DNA from: Candidatus Omnitrophota bacterium | Lineage (GTDB): Bacteria > Omnitrophota > Gorgyraeia > Zapsychrales > Zapsychraceae | Direction: 5' to 3' | Assembly (NCBI GenBank): GCA_035292445.1 | Contig: DATDQB010000024.1 | Coordinates: 267 to 64,266 of the forward strand | Length of the DNA: 64,000 bases | Shown here: piece after piece, positions 50,768 through 60,356 of the stretch | Numbering within the stretch: the stretch's first letter is position 1 | How the letters are laid out: each line of letters opens with the position of its first letter | The notes under the pieces: generated by a model | Seen by the model: the letters and a program-made list of their open reading frames with translations, nothing else | Told to the model about the DNA's origin: nothing | Database searches by the model: none | Translations under genes and position numbers: made by a program

Positions 50768-52846
50768 ATGGCTAATCTTTCGACCTTCGTCAATAAATTC
50801 AACCTCGTCAAGCAGATCCCCATTTTCAGCAAGCTGAGCTGGTTCGAGACCCAGAAGATCGCCCGCAAATCAGTTGTTGTCGAACACAAAAAAGGAGAGC
50901 TCATCGCCAAGGAAGGCGCTCCGCCGGATTTCCTTTATTGTCTGGTCTCGGGCCGCGTCCAGGCTTATACGATGACCGCTGGCGGTATTAAAGAGAACGT
51001 CGAGTTTATCCATCGCGGGATGCATTTCGGCATTATTTCCCTCTTGACCGGGGAGAACCATTCGCTGAATTTCGAGGCGATCAATGACTCGGTCATCCTT
51101 AAGATACCCCGCGATGATTTCCAAAAATTCTTTAAATCCATCCCACAGCTCGGCCTTGAGCTCAGCCAGTCGCTTTCCCAGCGTGTGCGAAAGCAGGTAA
51201 CGGGCAGCAAATCCATTTTCGAAAGCCACATCATCTCGGTGTACAGCCCCGTGGTGGGCACCGGCAGTTCGACCTACGCCATTAACCTGGCGCTTAGTTT
51301 GCAGCGGGAGACCCGCAAAAAGGTCATCTTTGTCAATATCGCTTCCAGCCGGCAGGAAAGGGAAGAAAAAGAAGGCGTAAAGATCAATTATCCGGTATGG
51401 AAAAAGCCCGCGGCCCGTTTAAATGAGATCGTGGAAGACCAGGACAAGATCTTCACCAGCATCGTGAAAAATGACCTGGCCATTGACCTGTTGAACGTGA
51501 GCTTTGATCCCTCGGATGAAGCAGCCAAGAAGCAGATCGCGATATTCGTGAGCGCTTTGGTGGGCGATTATCATTATGTGATCGTTGATCTGCCCAATCA
51601 TATGGACGATGTGGTGGTGGAAACGCTGACCCAGTCGGATTTGGTGCATTTATTGACCTTCGACCGGCGCAAAGACCTGGATTTGATCAAACATGTGCTA
51701 TCGCGGCTTAAGACGATCCTTAAGGAGAATTTCCGCGCCCAACGCATCCGGGTCGTCATCCGCGGCATTCACGATAAGATCTATCTTTCCTTCGAAGAGA
51801 TCAACAAGTACATCGAGTATGATGTCTACGCGAGCTTGCCGCGCATCTACAAGGCGGAAGAACAGGTACAAACTTGCCCCAGCATTATTTTCCTGACCAG
51901 CAACGAGCAAAGCGATTACGCGAAGCTGATGCGTCGGGTCTCCCGGGAGATCGGGGGCGTGTTGGTCGGTTTGGTCCTGGGCGGCGGGGCCGCGCTGGGG
52001 GTCGCTCACATCGGCGTACTCCGGGTATTGGAGCGGGAAAATATCCTCGTGGATGTTGTCGTGGGAAGCAGCATGGGGGCATTGGTGGCGGCTATTTGGG
52101 CGGTGGGAAGAAGCGCCCAAGAGGTCGAGCAAGTGGCCCGTGAGTTTGAAGACAAGAAAGCGTTGCTTAAGTTGTTTGATCCGGTTATCCCTGTATCGGG
52201 TTTGATCGGGGGGCGGTTGATCAAGCATTGGTTGAGGAAGCATTTGGGGACCAAGACATTTTATAGCACCAAGATCCCTTTAAAGATCATCGCCTATGAC
52301 CTTATCCAGCGTGAAGAAATTATTATCAATAGCGGGTCATTGGTCGATGCGGTGCGCAAAAGTATTGCCATTCCGGGTGTCATGGAGCCGGTGATCGATG
52401 GGGAGCGCGTCATTATTGACGGCGGGGTCTTAAACCCATTGCCGGTCAATGTATTGACGGGCTTAGGCATCAAGAAGATCATCGCGATCAACGTTTTGCA
52501 ATCGCCCGAGGATGTTTCCGCCGGCCATGAGATGGAAAAACAGCAGCAAAAAGAATTAACAGGGGTTTCTTTCTTAAAGAGCCCTTTACAATACCTGGGT
52601 TTCTTGATGTCCAAAGGACTCAAGAAACTGTTGACCCCCAATATATCGGACATTATCGTGCGTACCCTTCAGGCATCCGAGTTTGTCATTGCCGAGCAAA
52701 GCAGCCATCAGGCGGACGTGGTGATCCATCCGGACCTGGTGGGCATCAACTGGTTTGAATTGAATAAAGTGGACCAATTGGTCGCCGCCGGGGAAAAAGC
52801 GGCGGTCGAGGCGCTTGCTGATATCAAAAAACTGATCGAGGAGTAA
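50768..52846 (+). CDS. cNMP-binding / MinD-CpaE-like / patatin phospholipase fusion
   Basis: N-terminal cNMP fold (LVSGRV..GMHFGIISLL); ISVYSPVVGTGSSTYAINLA and YHYVIVDLP; GGGAALG, GSSMG, DGG. Confidence 0.88.
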   Translation: MANLSTFVNKFNLVKQIPIFSKLSWFETQKIARKSVVVEHKKGELIAKEGAPPDFLYCLVSGRVQAYTMTAGGIKENVEFIHRGMHFGIISLLTGENHSLNFEAINDSVILKIPRDDFQKFFKSIPQLGLELSQSLSQRVRKQVTGSKSIFESHIISVYSPVVGTGSSTYAINLALSLQRETRKKVIFVNIASSRQEREEKEGVKINYPVWKKPAARLNEIVEDQDKIFTSIVKNDLAIDLLNVSFDPSDEAAKKQIAIFVSALVGDYHYVIVDLPNHMDDVVVETLTQSDLVHLLTFDRRKDLDLIKHVLSRLKTILKENFRAQRIRVVIRGIHDKIYLSFEEINKYIEYDVYASLPRIYKAEEQVQTCPSIIFLTSNEQSDYAKLMRRVSREIGGVLVGLVLGGGAALGVAHIGVLRVLERENILVDVVVGSSMGALVAAIWAVGRSAQEVEQVAREFEDKKALLKLFDPVIPVSGLIGGRLIKHWLRKHLGTKTFYSTKIPLKIIAYDLIQREEIIINSGSLVDAVRKSIAIPGVMEPVIDGERVIIDGGVLNPLPVNVLTGLGIKKIIAINVLQSPEDVSAGHEMEKQQQKELTGVSFLKSPLQYLGFLMSKGLKKLLTPNISDIIVRTLQASEFVIAEQSSHQADVVIHPDLVGINWFELNKVDQLVAAGEKAAVEALADIKKLIEE

Positions 52847-52850
52847 AAAA

Positions 52851-54401
52851 ATGGAAAGAAGAGAGCATTGGTCATCGCGCATCGGCATCATCATGGCTGT
52901 CGCCGGTTCGGCCATCGGCTTGGGGAATTTCTTGAGGTTTCCCGCCAAGGTCGTCGACAACGGCGGCGGCGCTTTCATGATCCCGTATTTTATTTCTCTT
53001 CTTTTGCTGGGCATTCCTTTAATGTGGATCGAATGGACCCTGGGCCGTTATGGCGGAGCGGAGGGCTCCGGGACAGCGCCATCCATCTTTCACAGGATAG
53101 CTCCCAAGATGCGTTTCATCAAATATTTCGGGATCCTCGGGATCTTGGCGCCCTTGTTGATCTTTTCTTATTATACCTATATCGAATCATGGACCTTGGC
53201 CTATAGCTTTTTCTCGATCACGGGCCAGATCACTTCTATTACGGATCAGCTGGAAATGAAAAATTTCCTTAAAGGTTTCCAGGGGTTGGAACAGAACCAA
53301 TATTTCAACGGCATGGGTACGTCGTATGTATTTTTTTTGGTCACTTTCGCAGCGAATGTTTATATCCTCAACGGCGGGATCAAGGCCGGCATTGAAAAGT
53401 TTTGTAAATGGGCCATGCCGATTCTGTTCATCTTTGCTTTTGCTCTTTTTTTCAGGGTCGTCACGTTGGGCGGTTTTCATTCACCGGAATATACGTGGAC
53501 CGTGCAGGAAGGTTTCGGGTTTTTCTGGAATCCCCAGTATTCTTCTTTAAGATCAGCCAAGGTCTGGCTGGAGGCGGCGGGCCAGGTTTTCTTTACCTTG
53601 AGTGTCGGTACCGGCGTCATCTTGTGCTATGCCAGCTATCTATCCAAAAAGCATGATATCGCGCTTTCCGGTATATCAGCCGCGAGCGCCAATGAATTTG
53701 CCGAGGTCATTTTAGGCGGAAGCATCCTCATCCCGGCCGCGTTTGTTTTCTTCGGGCCCACGGAAATGGCAACGATCGTCAAAGAAGGCATTTTTAACTT
53801 AGGTTTTGTCACGATGCCGCTCGTATTAAATCATTTGCCGTTTCCGGCGTTCTTGGGTTTCTTGTGGTTTTTCCTGCTTTTTCTGGCTGCTGTCACCTCC
53901 TCGGTGTCGTTGGCGCAACCGTTCATCACATTCTTGGAAGATGAGTTCCATCTGGCAAGAAAAGAAGCGGTGTGGATCTTTGCCATCGTGACGTTCATTA
54001 TTTGCCAGCCGGCGGTCCTTTTCTTAAAGAACGGCGTCATCGATGAGCTGGATTTTTGGGGAGGCTCATTCTTCCTCGTTGTGTTCGCGACCGTCGAAAC
54101 CATCATGTTCGGCTGGGTCCTGGGGATCGATAACGCCTGGAAAGAACTGCACGCGGGGGCGGATATCAAGATCCCGAATTTTTATAAATACATCATGAAA
54201 TACGTGACGCCTTTGTTTTTACTGGCCATTTTGGTGATGTGGCTGTGGCAGGAATGGCTGCCTATCCTTTTGTTCCAGAACATCGAAGAAGCCAACCGGC
54301 CGTATATCATCACCACACGCGTTGGGATCCTGCTGTCGATCGCGCTGCTTGTTATTCTGGTGCGTATCGCCTGGCAACGCAAAACCGAAGGGAAGAAATA
54401 A
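52851..54401 (+). CDS. Sodium-dependent transporter, NSS/LeuT family
   Basis: REHWSSRIG, AGSAIGLGNFLRFP, NGGGAFMIPY, AAGQVFFTLSVG. Confidence 0.95.
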   Translation: MERREHWSSRIGIIMAVAGSAIGLGNFLRFPAKVVDNGGGAFMIPYFISLLLLGIPLMWIEWTLGRYGGAEGSGTAPSIFHRIAPKMRFIKYFGILGILAPLLIFSYYTYIESWTLAYSFFSITGQITSITDQLEMKNFLKGFQGLEQNQYFNGMGTSYVFFLVTFAANVYILNGGIKAGIEKFCKWAMPILFIFAFALFFRVVTLGGFHSPEYTWTVQEGFGFFWNPQYSSLRSAKVWLEAAGQVFFTLSVGTGVILCYASYLSKKHDIALSGISAASANEFAEVILGGSILIPAAFVFFGPTEMATIVKEGIFNLGFVTMPLVLNHLPFPAFLGFLWFFLLFLAAVTSSVSLAQPFITFLEDEFHLARKEAVWIFAIVTFIICQPAVLFLKNGVIDELDFWGGSFFLVVFATVETIMFGWVLGIDNAWKELHAGADIKIPNFYKYIMKYVTPLFLLAILVMWLWQEWLPILLFQNIEEANRPYIITTRVGILLSIALLVILVRIAWQRKTEGKK

Positions 54402-54517
54402 TGCGCTTAGAAGGCTGGATATTCATGATTTTGTCATGGGGGGTCATTTTGATCGCGATGGCCTATTGCATGATCAAGGTCTTAAGGTCAGAAGCGTCCC
54501 GCCATCATAACGAATAA
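54401..54517 (+). CDS. Small single-TM partner protein (MetS-like) of the NSS transporter
   Basis: MRLEGWIFMILSWGVILIAMAYCMIKVLR...; 38 aa; TAATG stop/start overlap. Confidence 0.7.
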   Translation: MRLEGWIFMILSWGVILIAMAYCMIKVLRSEASRHHNE

Positions 54518-54576
54518 GCACCTGCCGCCAATTCATTGGCAACTTAACCTCGCTGTGCTATAATGCCCTCACTTTA

Positions 54577-54665
54577 ATGGTTCGACGCGCTTCGCTTGCT
54601 CACCATTGGATTATATGTCGAACCACCCTGAGCGAGTCTCGCTTTCAGCGAGACGAGTCGAAGGG
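54577..54665 (+). repeat. REP-like composite element, copy 3
   Basis: ATGGTTCGACGCGCTTCGCTTGCTCACCAT...GTCGAACCACCCTGAGCGAGTCTCGC..GCGAGACGAGTCGAAGGG. Confidence 0.75.
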
Positions 54666-54701
54666 TCTTGCGCTGTTTCCAATAGTATTAATATTTATAT
54701 T

Positions 54702-56747
54702 ATGAAATTCAATAAACCAATCCGTGCCGGTACCCGCGGTAGCCTCCTCGCCCTTAAGCAGGTTGAAGAAATCATACGTCTGGTGTCTGTCCCCCCGTCT
54801 GTCCCCTTTAAAGTGGTTATTTTCGATACCAACGGTGATAAAGACAAAAAGACGCCCTTGACCGCACAGCTGCCCGATGATTTCTTCACCGATACGCTTG
54901 ATCAAGCCCTTTTAAAAAGAAAAATTGATGTCGCTGTCCATAGCGCCAAAGACCTGCCCCAAACGCTCGCCGAAGGCTTGTCCATTTTTGCGTTGACTGA
55001 ATCGGTGGATGACAGGGACGCTTTTGTGGGAGTCGTTCCCTTTAAAAAGCTTAAGGCGGGTTCCCGCGTCGGTACCAGCAGCCCCTTGCGCCAAAAAAGC
55101 GTGGAAGAATTGAACCCAAAGATAAACGCGGTCAGTATCCGCGGCACAATTGATGAGCGGCTGGCTCAATTTGATAAAGGTAAACTTGACGGTATCATCG
55201 TCGCGGCGTGCGCGCTTAAGCGTTTAGGCCTTAGCAAACGGATAACAGAAATTATGCCCTGGGAAGCGACACCCTTGCAGGGCCAATTGGCTGTTGTCGG
55301 AAGAAGCGATGACGCACATCTTCAAGAGATGTTTTCCTCGATCGATGCGCGGGCGCATTACGGGAAAGTGTATTTGGTCGGCGCCGGCCCGGGCGACAGC
55401 GAGCTCATCACGCTCAAGGGCATCAACGCTCTTAAGCAGGCGGATGTTGTTTTTTACGACTATCTGATCAATAAAGAACTTTTGCGGCATGCCCAAAAGG
55501 CCCAGAAAATTTATGTCGGCAAACGAAAGGGAGCGCATACCCTACCTCAAAGCGAGCTTAATAAGCTCATCAAGGATAAGGCAGTGGCCGGCAAGAGCGT
55601 TGTCCGCCTCAAAGGAGGCGATCCGCTTGTTTTCGGCCGCGGCGGCGATGAGATCGGTTATTTAAGAAGCTATCATATCGAAGTTGAGGTCGTCCCGGGC
55701 GTGAGCTCCGCGACCGGCATCCCTTCGGGACTGGGTATTCCTTTGACCGCGCGCGGGGTGAGCGATTCGGTCGCCTTCGTAAGCGGCCACAGCGAAGGGG
55801 AGTCCCAAGGAAAAAAAAAGAGGATACAGATCCCCAAGGCGCAAACGCTTATTTTTTTGATGGGGCTTACGAAACTTAAAGAAATCGTTGCACAATTGAC
55901 GCGCCAGGGGTGGAAGAAGCAAACGCCTGTCATCGTTGTTTCCAAGGGGACATTCCCCGATGAAAGGATCGTTGCCGGCTCACTGGAGGACATCATTAAG
56001 AAAACAAAGAGCGAAAAATTACTGCCGCCGGCTTTGATCATGGTGGGGGAAACCATCCATTCTTACCGTCCCCGCCAAAAGAGGTCCAAAACGGTCCTTT
56101 ATACCGGCACCAACCCGCAAAAATACAAACGCCTGGGCAAGCTTGTCCATCTTCCCATGATCGAGATCACCCCGGTTGAATTCACAAGAAACAAGAGGAT
56201 CTCTTTTCTCAAAGCGTTTCAGGCCTCCGATATGGTCCTTTTAACGAGCCGCTTCGCGGTGCGCTTTCTTTTTGATATATTGAAAAAAGAAAGGATTGGT
56301 GCGCGATCGCTGCAGGATAAGCCATTTATCACGATCGGCCGGGAAACGGCCCGCGAGCTCATCGGCCACGGCATTACACCAGAGTTGACAGCTCAGGAGG
56401 AATCGAGTGTCGGCTTGTGGAAGGAGATGAGAAAGAAATATCAGCTTAACGGTAAACGTATCCTTTTTCCGCGCTCGGCGCTTCCCAATCCTTATTTGAA
56501 GCAAGCGTTACGCAAAGCTGGTGCTATCGTTAAAGAAATAACGGTTTACCAGAATCGAATGCCAAAAAAACGTAAATTGCCCCGCGTTTCAATTGATGAG
56601 GTCATCTTCACAAGCCCATCGACGGTCAATAATTTCCTTAAAAGTTACGGGACGATCCCACGTATATGGAGGATCAAAAGCCGGGGGGAGCTCACGAGGC
56701 GAAGTTTAGAAAAGGCGGGGTTTGAGAGTGAAATTATCAAGTATTAA
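54702..56747 (+). CDS. HemC-CobA-HemD triple fusion
   Basis: GTRGSLLALKQ, VAVHSAKD, GTSSPLR (HemC); VYLVGAGPGD, VVRLKGGDP (CobA); LFPRS, IFTSPSTV (HemD). Start moved to 54702 because the upstream part is a repeat. Confidence 0.9.
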   Translation: MKFNKPIRAGTRGSLLALKQVEEIIRLVSVPPSVPFKVVIFDTNGDKDKKTPLTAQLPDDFFTDTLDQALLKRKIDVAVHSAKDLPQTLAEGLSIFALTESVDDRDAFVGVVPFKKLKAGSRVGTSSPLRQKSVEELNPKINAVSIRGTIDERLAQFDKGKLDGIIVAACALKRLGLSKRITEIMPWEATPLQGQLAVVGRSDDAHLQEMFSSIDARAHYGKVYLVGAGPGDSELITLKGINALKQADVVFYDYLINKELLRHAQKAQKIYVGKRKGAHTLPQSELNKLIKDKAVAGKSVVRLKGGDPLVFGRGGDEIGYLRSYHIEVEVVPGVSSATGIPSGLGIPLTARGVSDSVAFVSGHSEGESQGKKKRIQIPKAQTLIFLMGLTKLKEIVAQLTRQGWKKQTPVIVVSKGTFPDERIVAGSLEDIIKKTKSEKLLPPALIMVGETIHSYRPRQKRSKTVLYTGTNPQKYKRLGKLVHLPMIEITPVEFTRNKRISFLKAFQASDMVLLTSRFAVRFLFDILKKERIGARSLQDKPFITIGRETARELIGHGITPELTAQEESSVGLWKEMRKKYQLNGKRILFPRSALPNPYLKQALRKAGAIVKEITVYQNRMPKKRKLPRVSIDEVIFTSPSTVNNFLKSYGTIPRIWRIKSRGELTRRSLEKAGFESEIIKY

Positions 56748-57243
56748 GATACAAGACACAAGAAACAAGGCCCAAGGAAGAAACAAAAACCAAATAACAA
56801 TTAACAATTAACGAAAGGGATGGTTGCGATGGAACGGAAATTTGATTTGGAAGAAAGGACAACGAATTTTGCGAAAGGCGTGATTCAATTATGCAGGGAA
56901 TTACCAAGGGACCCGATTAATGATCGTTTGATGGGGCAGGTTGTTGGTTCAGCTGGTTCAGTAGGAGCTAATTATAGAGAGGCTAATGATGCATTGGGAA
57001 AGAAAGATTTTTTACAGAAAATCAAGATTGCGCGTAGGGAAGCCAAAGAAACGCAGCATTGGTTAACTTTGATCGCTGAGGCGAATGCAGCAAAAAGAAC
57101 TACAATAGTTCCTTTAATAGACGAAGTTGTGGAACTTAAGAAAATTCTATCATCAATAGCTATTAAATTAGAAAAATAAGATTATATTTGGTTATTGGTT
57201 TTTGTAATTTTCTTGTATCTTGTTTCTTGTATCTTGTTTCTTA
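56745..57243. repeat. Inverted heptamer arrays (AAGANAC / GTNTCTT) flanking a four-helix-bundle gene
   Basis: aagatac aagacac aagaaac ... caaataac upstream; tatttggttattgg ... cttgtat cttgttt cttgtat cttgttt downstream. Confidence 0.8.
56820..57179 (+). CDS. Four helix bundle protein (IVP-like family)
   Basis: DLEERTTNFA, SAGSVGANYREA, KKDFLQKIKIARREAKETQHWL. Confidence 0.92.
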   Translation: MVAMERKFDLEERTTNFAKGVIQLCRELPRDPINDRLMGQVVGSAGSVGANYREANDALGKKDFLQKIKIARREAKETQHWLTLIAEANAAKRTTIVPLIDEVVELKKILSSIAIKLEK

Positions 57244-57247
57244 GAAT

Positions 57248-58525
57248 ATGAAAACTATAAAATCCGAACAACTATTTAATGAGGCCACGAAGTATTTGGT
57301 GGGTGGCGTGAACTCTCCCGTGCGTTCTTTTAAGGGCGTGGGCGGGCATCCTTTGATCATGAGAGCAGGCGAGAAGGCAACCCTTTTTGACGCCGATAAC
57401 AATAGCTACACGGATTATTGCCTTTCGTGGGGCGCTTTGATCCTCGGCCATGCCCACCGGAACATTGTTTTGAACGCGAAAAAAACGATTGAGCGCGGCT
57501 CAAGTTTCGGCACAACCACCCGTTACGAGATCGACCTGGCCAGAGCGATCATCGAGCGCATCCCGTCCATTGACCTTATCCGTTTTGTCAACTCAGGCAC
57601 CGAAGCGACAATGAGCGCCATCCGCTTGGCGCGCGGGTTCACCAAACGCGATATGTTGGTCAAGTTCGACGGCTGCTACCACGGCCACTTTGACGATCTA
57701 TTGGCCAAGGCCGGAAGCGGGGTGGCGCAGCTGAAAGAGTCATCCAGTTTAGGGATCCCTAAAACGCATATCGAAAACACGCTCAGTTTACCGTATAATG
57801 ACACCAACGCTTTGGCGCAAACGCTTGAGAAATACAAAGAAAAGATCGCCTGCGTCATTATCGAGCCTGTGGCCGGCAACATGGGCGTCATTAAAGCCGA
57901 AAAGGATTTTCTAAAAACGTTAAGGGACCTGACCAAAAAATTCGGCATCGTTCTTATTTTTGATGAGGTCATGACGGGTTTTCGCGCATCAGCCAATTGT
58001 GTCCAGGGAGAATACAACATTATTCCTGACATGACGTGCCTGGGCAAGATCATCGGCGGCGGGTTTCCCGTTGGCGCGTACGGCGGCAGGAAGGACATCA
58101 TGGAACACCTCGCCCCTTTAGGCGGGGTCTACCAGGCCGGGACGTTCTCGGGAAATCCCATGGTCATGAAAGCCGGGCTTGAAACGTTAAAATTGTTGAC
58201 CAAGGAATTTTACAGATCGCTCAATCAACGCTGCGAAAGCATGGCGCAGGAAGTGAACGAGGCGTTCAAGAAAGGCGGCGTTGACGCCCATCTGGCGCAT
58301 TTTCATTCGATGATGAGCGTGCGTTTCCGTAAAGAAGCGGTTCATAATTATCAGGACGCGCAGGATGCCTCCGGCGGGGAAAAGTACCAGAAACTGTTCC
58401 ATCACATGCTTAACGCCGGCATTTACCTGCCGCCGGCGGACCTGGAAGCGTTTTTTATAAGCGGGATGCACACGCCAGCAGATCTTAAGAAACTCGCGCA
58501 GGAGCTCAAGAAGTTCTTTGCTTAA
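57248..58525 (+). CDS. hemL: Glutamate-1-semialdehyde 2,1-aminomutase
   Basis: GGVNSPVRSF, FVNSGTEATMSA, IFDEVMTGFR, LGKIIGGGFPVG, YQAGTFSGNP. Confidence 0.96.
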   Translation: MKTIKSEQLFNEATKYLVGGVNSPVRSFKGVGGHPLIMRAGEKATLFDADNNSYTDYCLSWGALILGHAHRNIVLNAKKTIERGSSFGTTTRYEIDLARAIIERIPSIDLIRFVNSGTEATMSAIRLARGFTKRDMLVKFDGCYHGHFDDLLAKAGSGVAQLKESSSLGIPKTHIENTLSLPYNDTNALAQTLEKYKEKIACVIIEPVAGNMGVIKAEKDFLKTLRDLTKKFGIVLIFDEVMTGFRASANCVQGEYNIIPDMTCLGKIIGGGFPVGAYGGRKDIMEHLAPLGGVYQAGTFSGNPMVMKAGLETLKLLTKEFYRSLNQRCESMAQEVNEAFKKGGVDAHLAHFHSMMSVRFRKEAVHNYQDAQDASGGEKYQKLFHHMLNAGIYLPPADLEAFFISGMHTPADLKKLAQELKKFFA

Positions 58526-58526
58526 T

Positions 58527-60356
58527 ATGATGAAAGACGTCTACATTTTAGGAATATCCGCTTTTTACCATGATAGCGCGGCCGCGCTTATCAAGAACGG
58601 GACGATCGTTGCCGCCGCCCAAGAGGAGCGTTTTACGCGCAAGAAGCACGACCATAACTTCCCGGTGAATGCGATCCGCTATTGCCTGAAAGAAGCAGGC
58701 ATCACGCCCAAAGACTTGACGCACGTTGCCTTTTACGAAAAACCTTTTATCAAATTTGAACGCCTTTTGCAAACATACCTGGCCTACGCCCCCATAGGCC
58801 TTCGTTCTTTCCTGAAGGCCATGCCTCTATGGTTAAAAGAAAAATTATTCATGAAGAATTTGATCTATGAAAAGCTCGAAGGTTATGAAGGCGACATCAT
58901 CTTTCCGGAACACCATGAATCGCATGCCGCCTCGGCCTTTTACCCGTCTCCTTACCAAAAAGCGGCCATTCTTACGATGGACGGGGTGGGTGAGTGGACG
59001 ACCGCCAGTTACGGCATTGGCGAGGGCAATAAGATCGGCCTTTTAGCGGAAATAAAATTTCCCCATTCGCTGGGGCTTTTGTATTCGGCTTTCACCTATT
59101 ATACGGGTTTTCGCGTCAATTCCGGCGAGTATAAACTGATGGGCCTCGCTCCATACGGGGAACCGAAATACGCTGATCTCATCAGAAAAGAATTGATCGA
59201 TATCAAGGAAGACGGTTCTTTTAAACTGAATTTGAAATATTTTAATTTTTGCGCGGGGCTTACCATGACCAATGACAAATTCCATAAGCTTTTCGGCGGG
59301 CCGCCGAGGAGATCTGAAACAAAGATCACCCAGAAAGATATGGACATTGCCCGCTCGATCCAGGACGTTACGGAAGAGGCCATGCTCAAGATGGCGGACC
59401 ATCTGCATGAGGAAACAAAGGCGGATTATTTATGCTTGGCCGGTGGGGTGGCCCTCAACTGTGTGGGCAACGGCCGCATTTTACGCGAAAGCAAATTCAA
59501 GGATATCTGGATCCAGCCTGCGGCCGGTGATGCCGGAGGCGCCTTGGGTGCCGCGTTATTTGTATGGTACAGGTATCTTGATAATCCAAGAGTGGTGGAT
59601 AATGTCCGCGACCTTCAGCAAGGATCTTATCTGGGGCCGCGTTTTAATGAAAATGAACTGCAAGAGTTCTTGAAGACGACAGAAACGCATTTTGAAAAGA
59701 TCAGCTATGAACAGTTGCCTGCGCGCATCGCCCGGCTTATCCGCGAAGAGAACGTTGTCGGGTTGTTCCTCGGAAGGGCGGAATTCGGCCCCCGCGCGTT
59801 AGGCAGCCGCAGCATTATCGGGGATGCCCGTTCCGAGAAGATGCAGTCGGTCCTGAATCTGAAGATCAAGTTCCGCGAGTCTTTCAGGCCGTTCGCCCCA
59901 AGCGTCCTGGAAGAGAAAACAAAGGATTACTTTGAATTGTCGCACAAAAGCCCTTACATGCTTTTGGTGGCGCCGGTCGATAAAAAACGGATCATCGGCA
60001 ACGGGCAGTTGCATCAGGCCCAGGGCCTTGAAAAGTTGCGGGTCAAAAAATCCGAGATACCGGCAGTGACCCATGTGGATTATTCAGCGCGGGTGCAAAC
60101 GGTCTCCAAAGAGACCAACCCGATCTATTACCGGATCATTGAAGAGTTTGACAAATTGACGGGCTGCCCGGTCATCATCAACACCTCGTTCAATATCCGT
60201 GGGGAGCCTATCGTCGGGTCACCGCAGGACGCGTACCGATGTTTCATGTGCACGGACATGGATTATCTGGTCATCGAGAACTATTTGTTCGATAAGAAAA
60301 AGCAGCCAAACCAAGGAAAGTATAAGAAGGAAGATATAGCGCAAGAGTTGGATTGA
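58527..60356 (+). CDS. O-carbamoyltransferase (NodU/CmcH family)
   Basis: ILGISAFYHDSAAAL, EERFTRKKH, HHESHAASAF, GEYKLMGLAPYG, AGGVALN, EFGPRALG, NTSFN. Confidence 0.95.
   Translation: MMKDVYILGISAFYHDSAAALIKNGTIVAAAQEERFTRKKHDHNFPVNAIRYCLKEAGITPKDLTHVAFYEKPFIKFERLLQTYLAYAPIGLRSFLKAMPLWLKEKLFMKNLIYEKLEGYEGDIIFPEHHESHAASAFYPSPYQKAAILTMDGVGEWTTASYGIGEGNKIGLLAEIKFPHSLGLLYSAFTYYTGFRVNSGEYKLMGLAPYGEPKYADLIRKELIDIKEDGSFKLNLKYFNFCAGLTMTNDKFHKLFGGPPRRSETKITQKDMDIARSIQDVTEEAMLKMADHLHEETKADYLCLAGGVALNCVGNGRILRESKFKDIWIQPAAGDAGGALGAALFVWYRYLDNPRVVDNVRDLQQGSYLGPRFNENELQEFLKTTETHFEKISYEQLPARIARLIREENVVGLFLGRAEFGPRALGSRSIIGDARSEKMQSVLNLKIKFRESFRPFAPSVLEEKTKDYFELSHKSPYMLLVAPVDKKRIIGNGQLHQAQGLEKLRVKKSEIPAVTHVDYSARVQTVSKETNPIYYRIIEEFDKLTGCPVIINTSFNIRGEPIVGSPQDAYRCFMCTDMDYLVIENYLFDKKKQPNQGKYKKEDIAQELD

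Noticed and set aside
54606-54701. N-terminal extension of the HemC fusion in the ORF track
   Set aside because: It translates the palindromic repeat; homology begins after ATG 54702.
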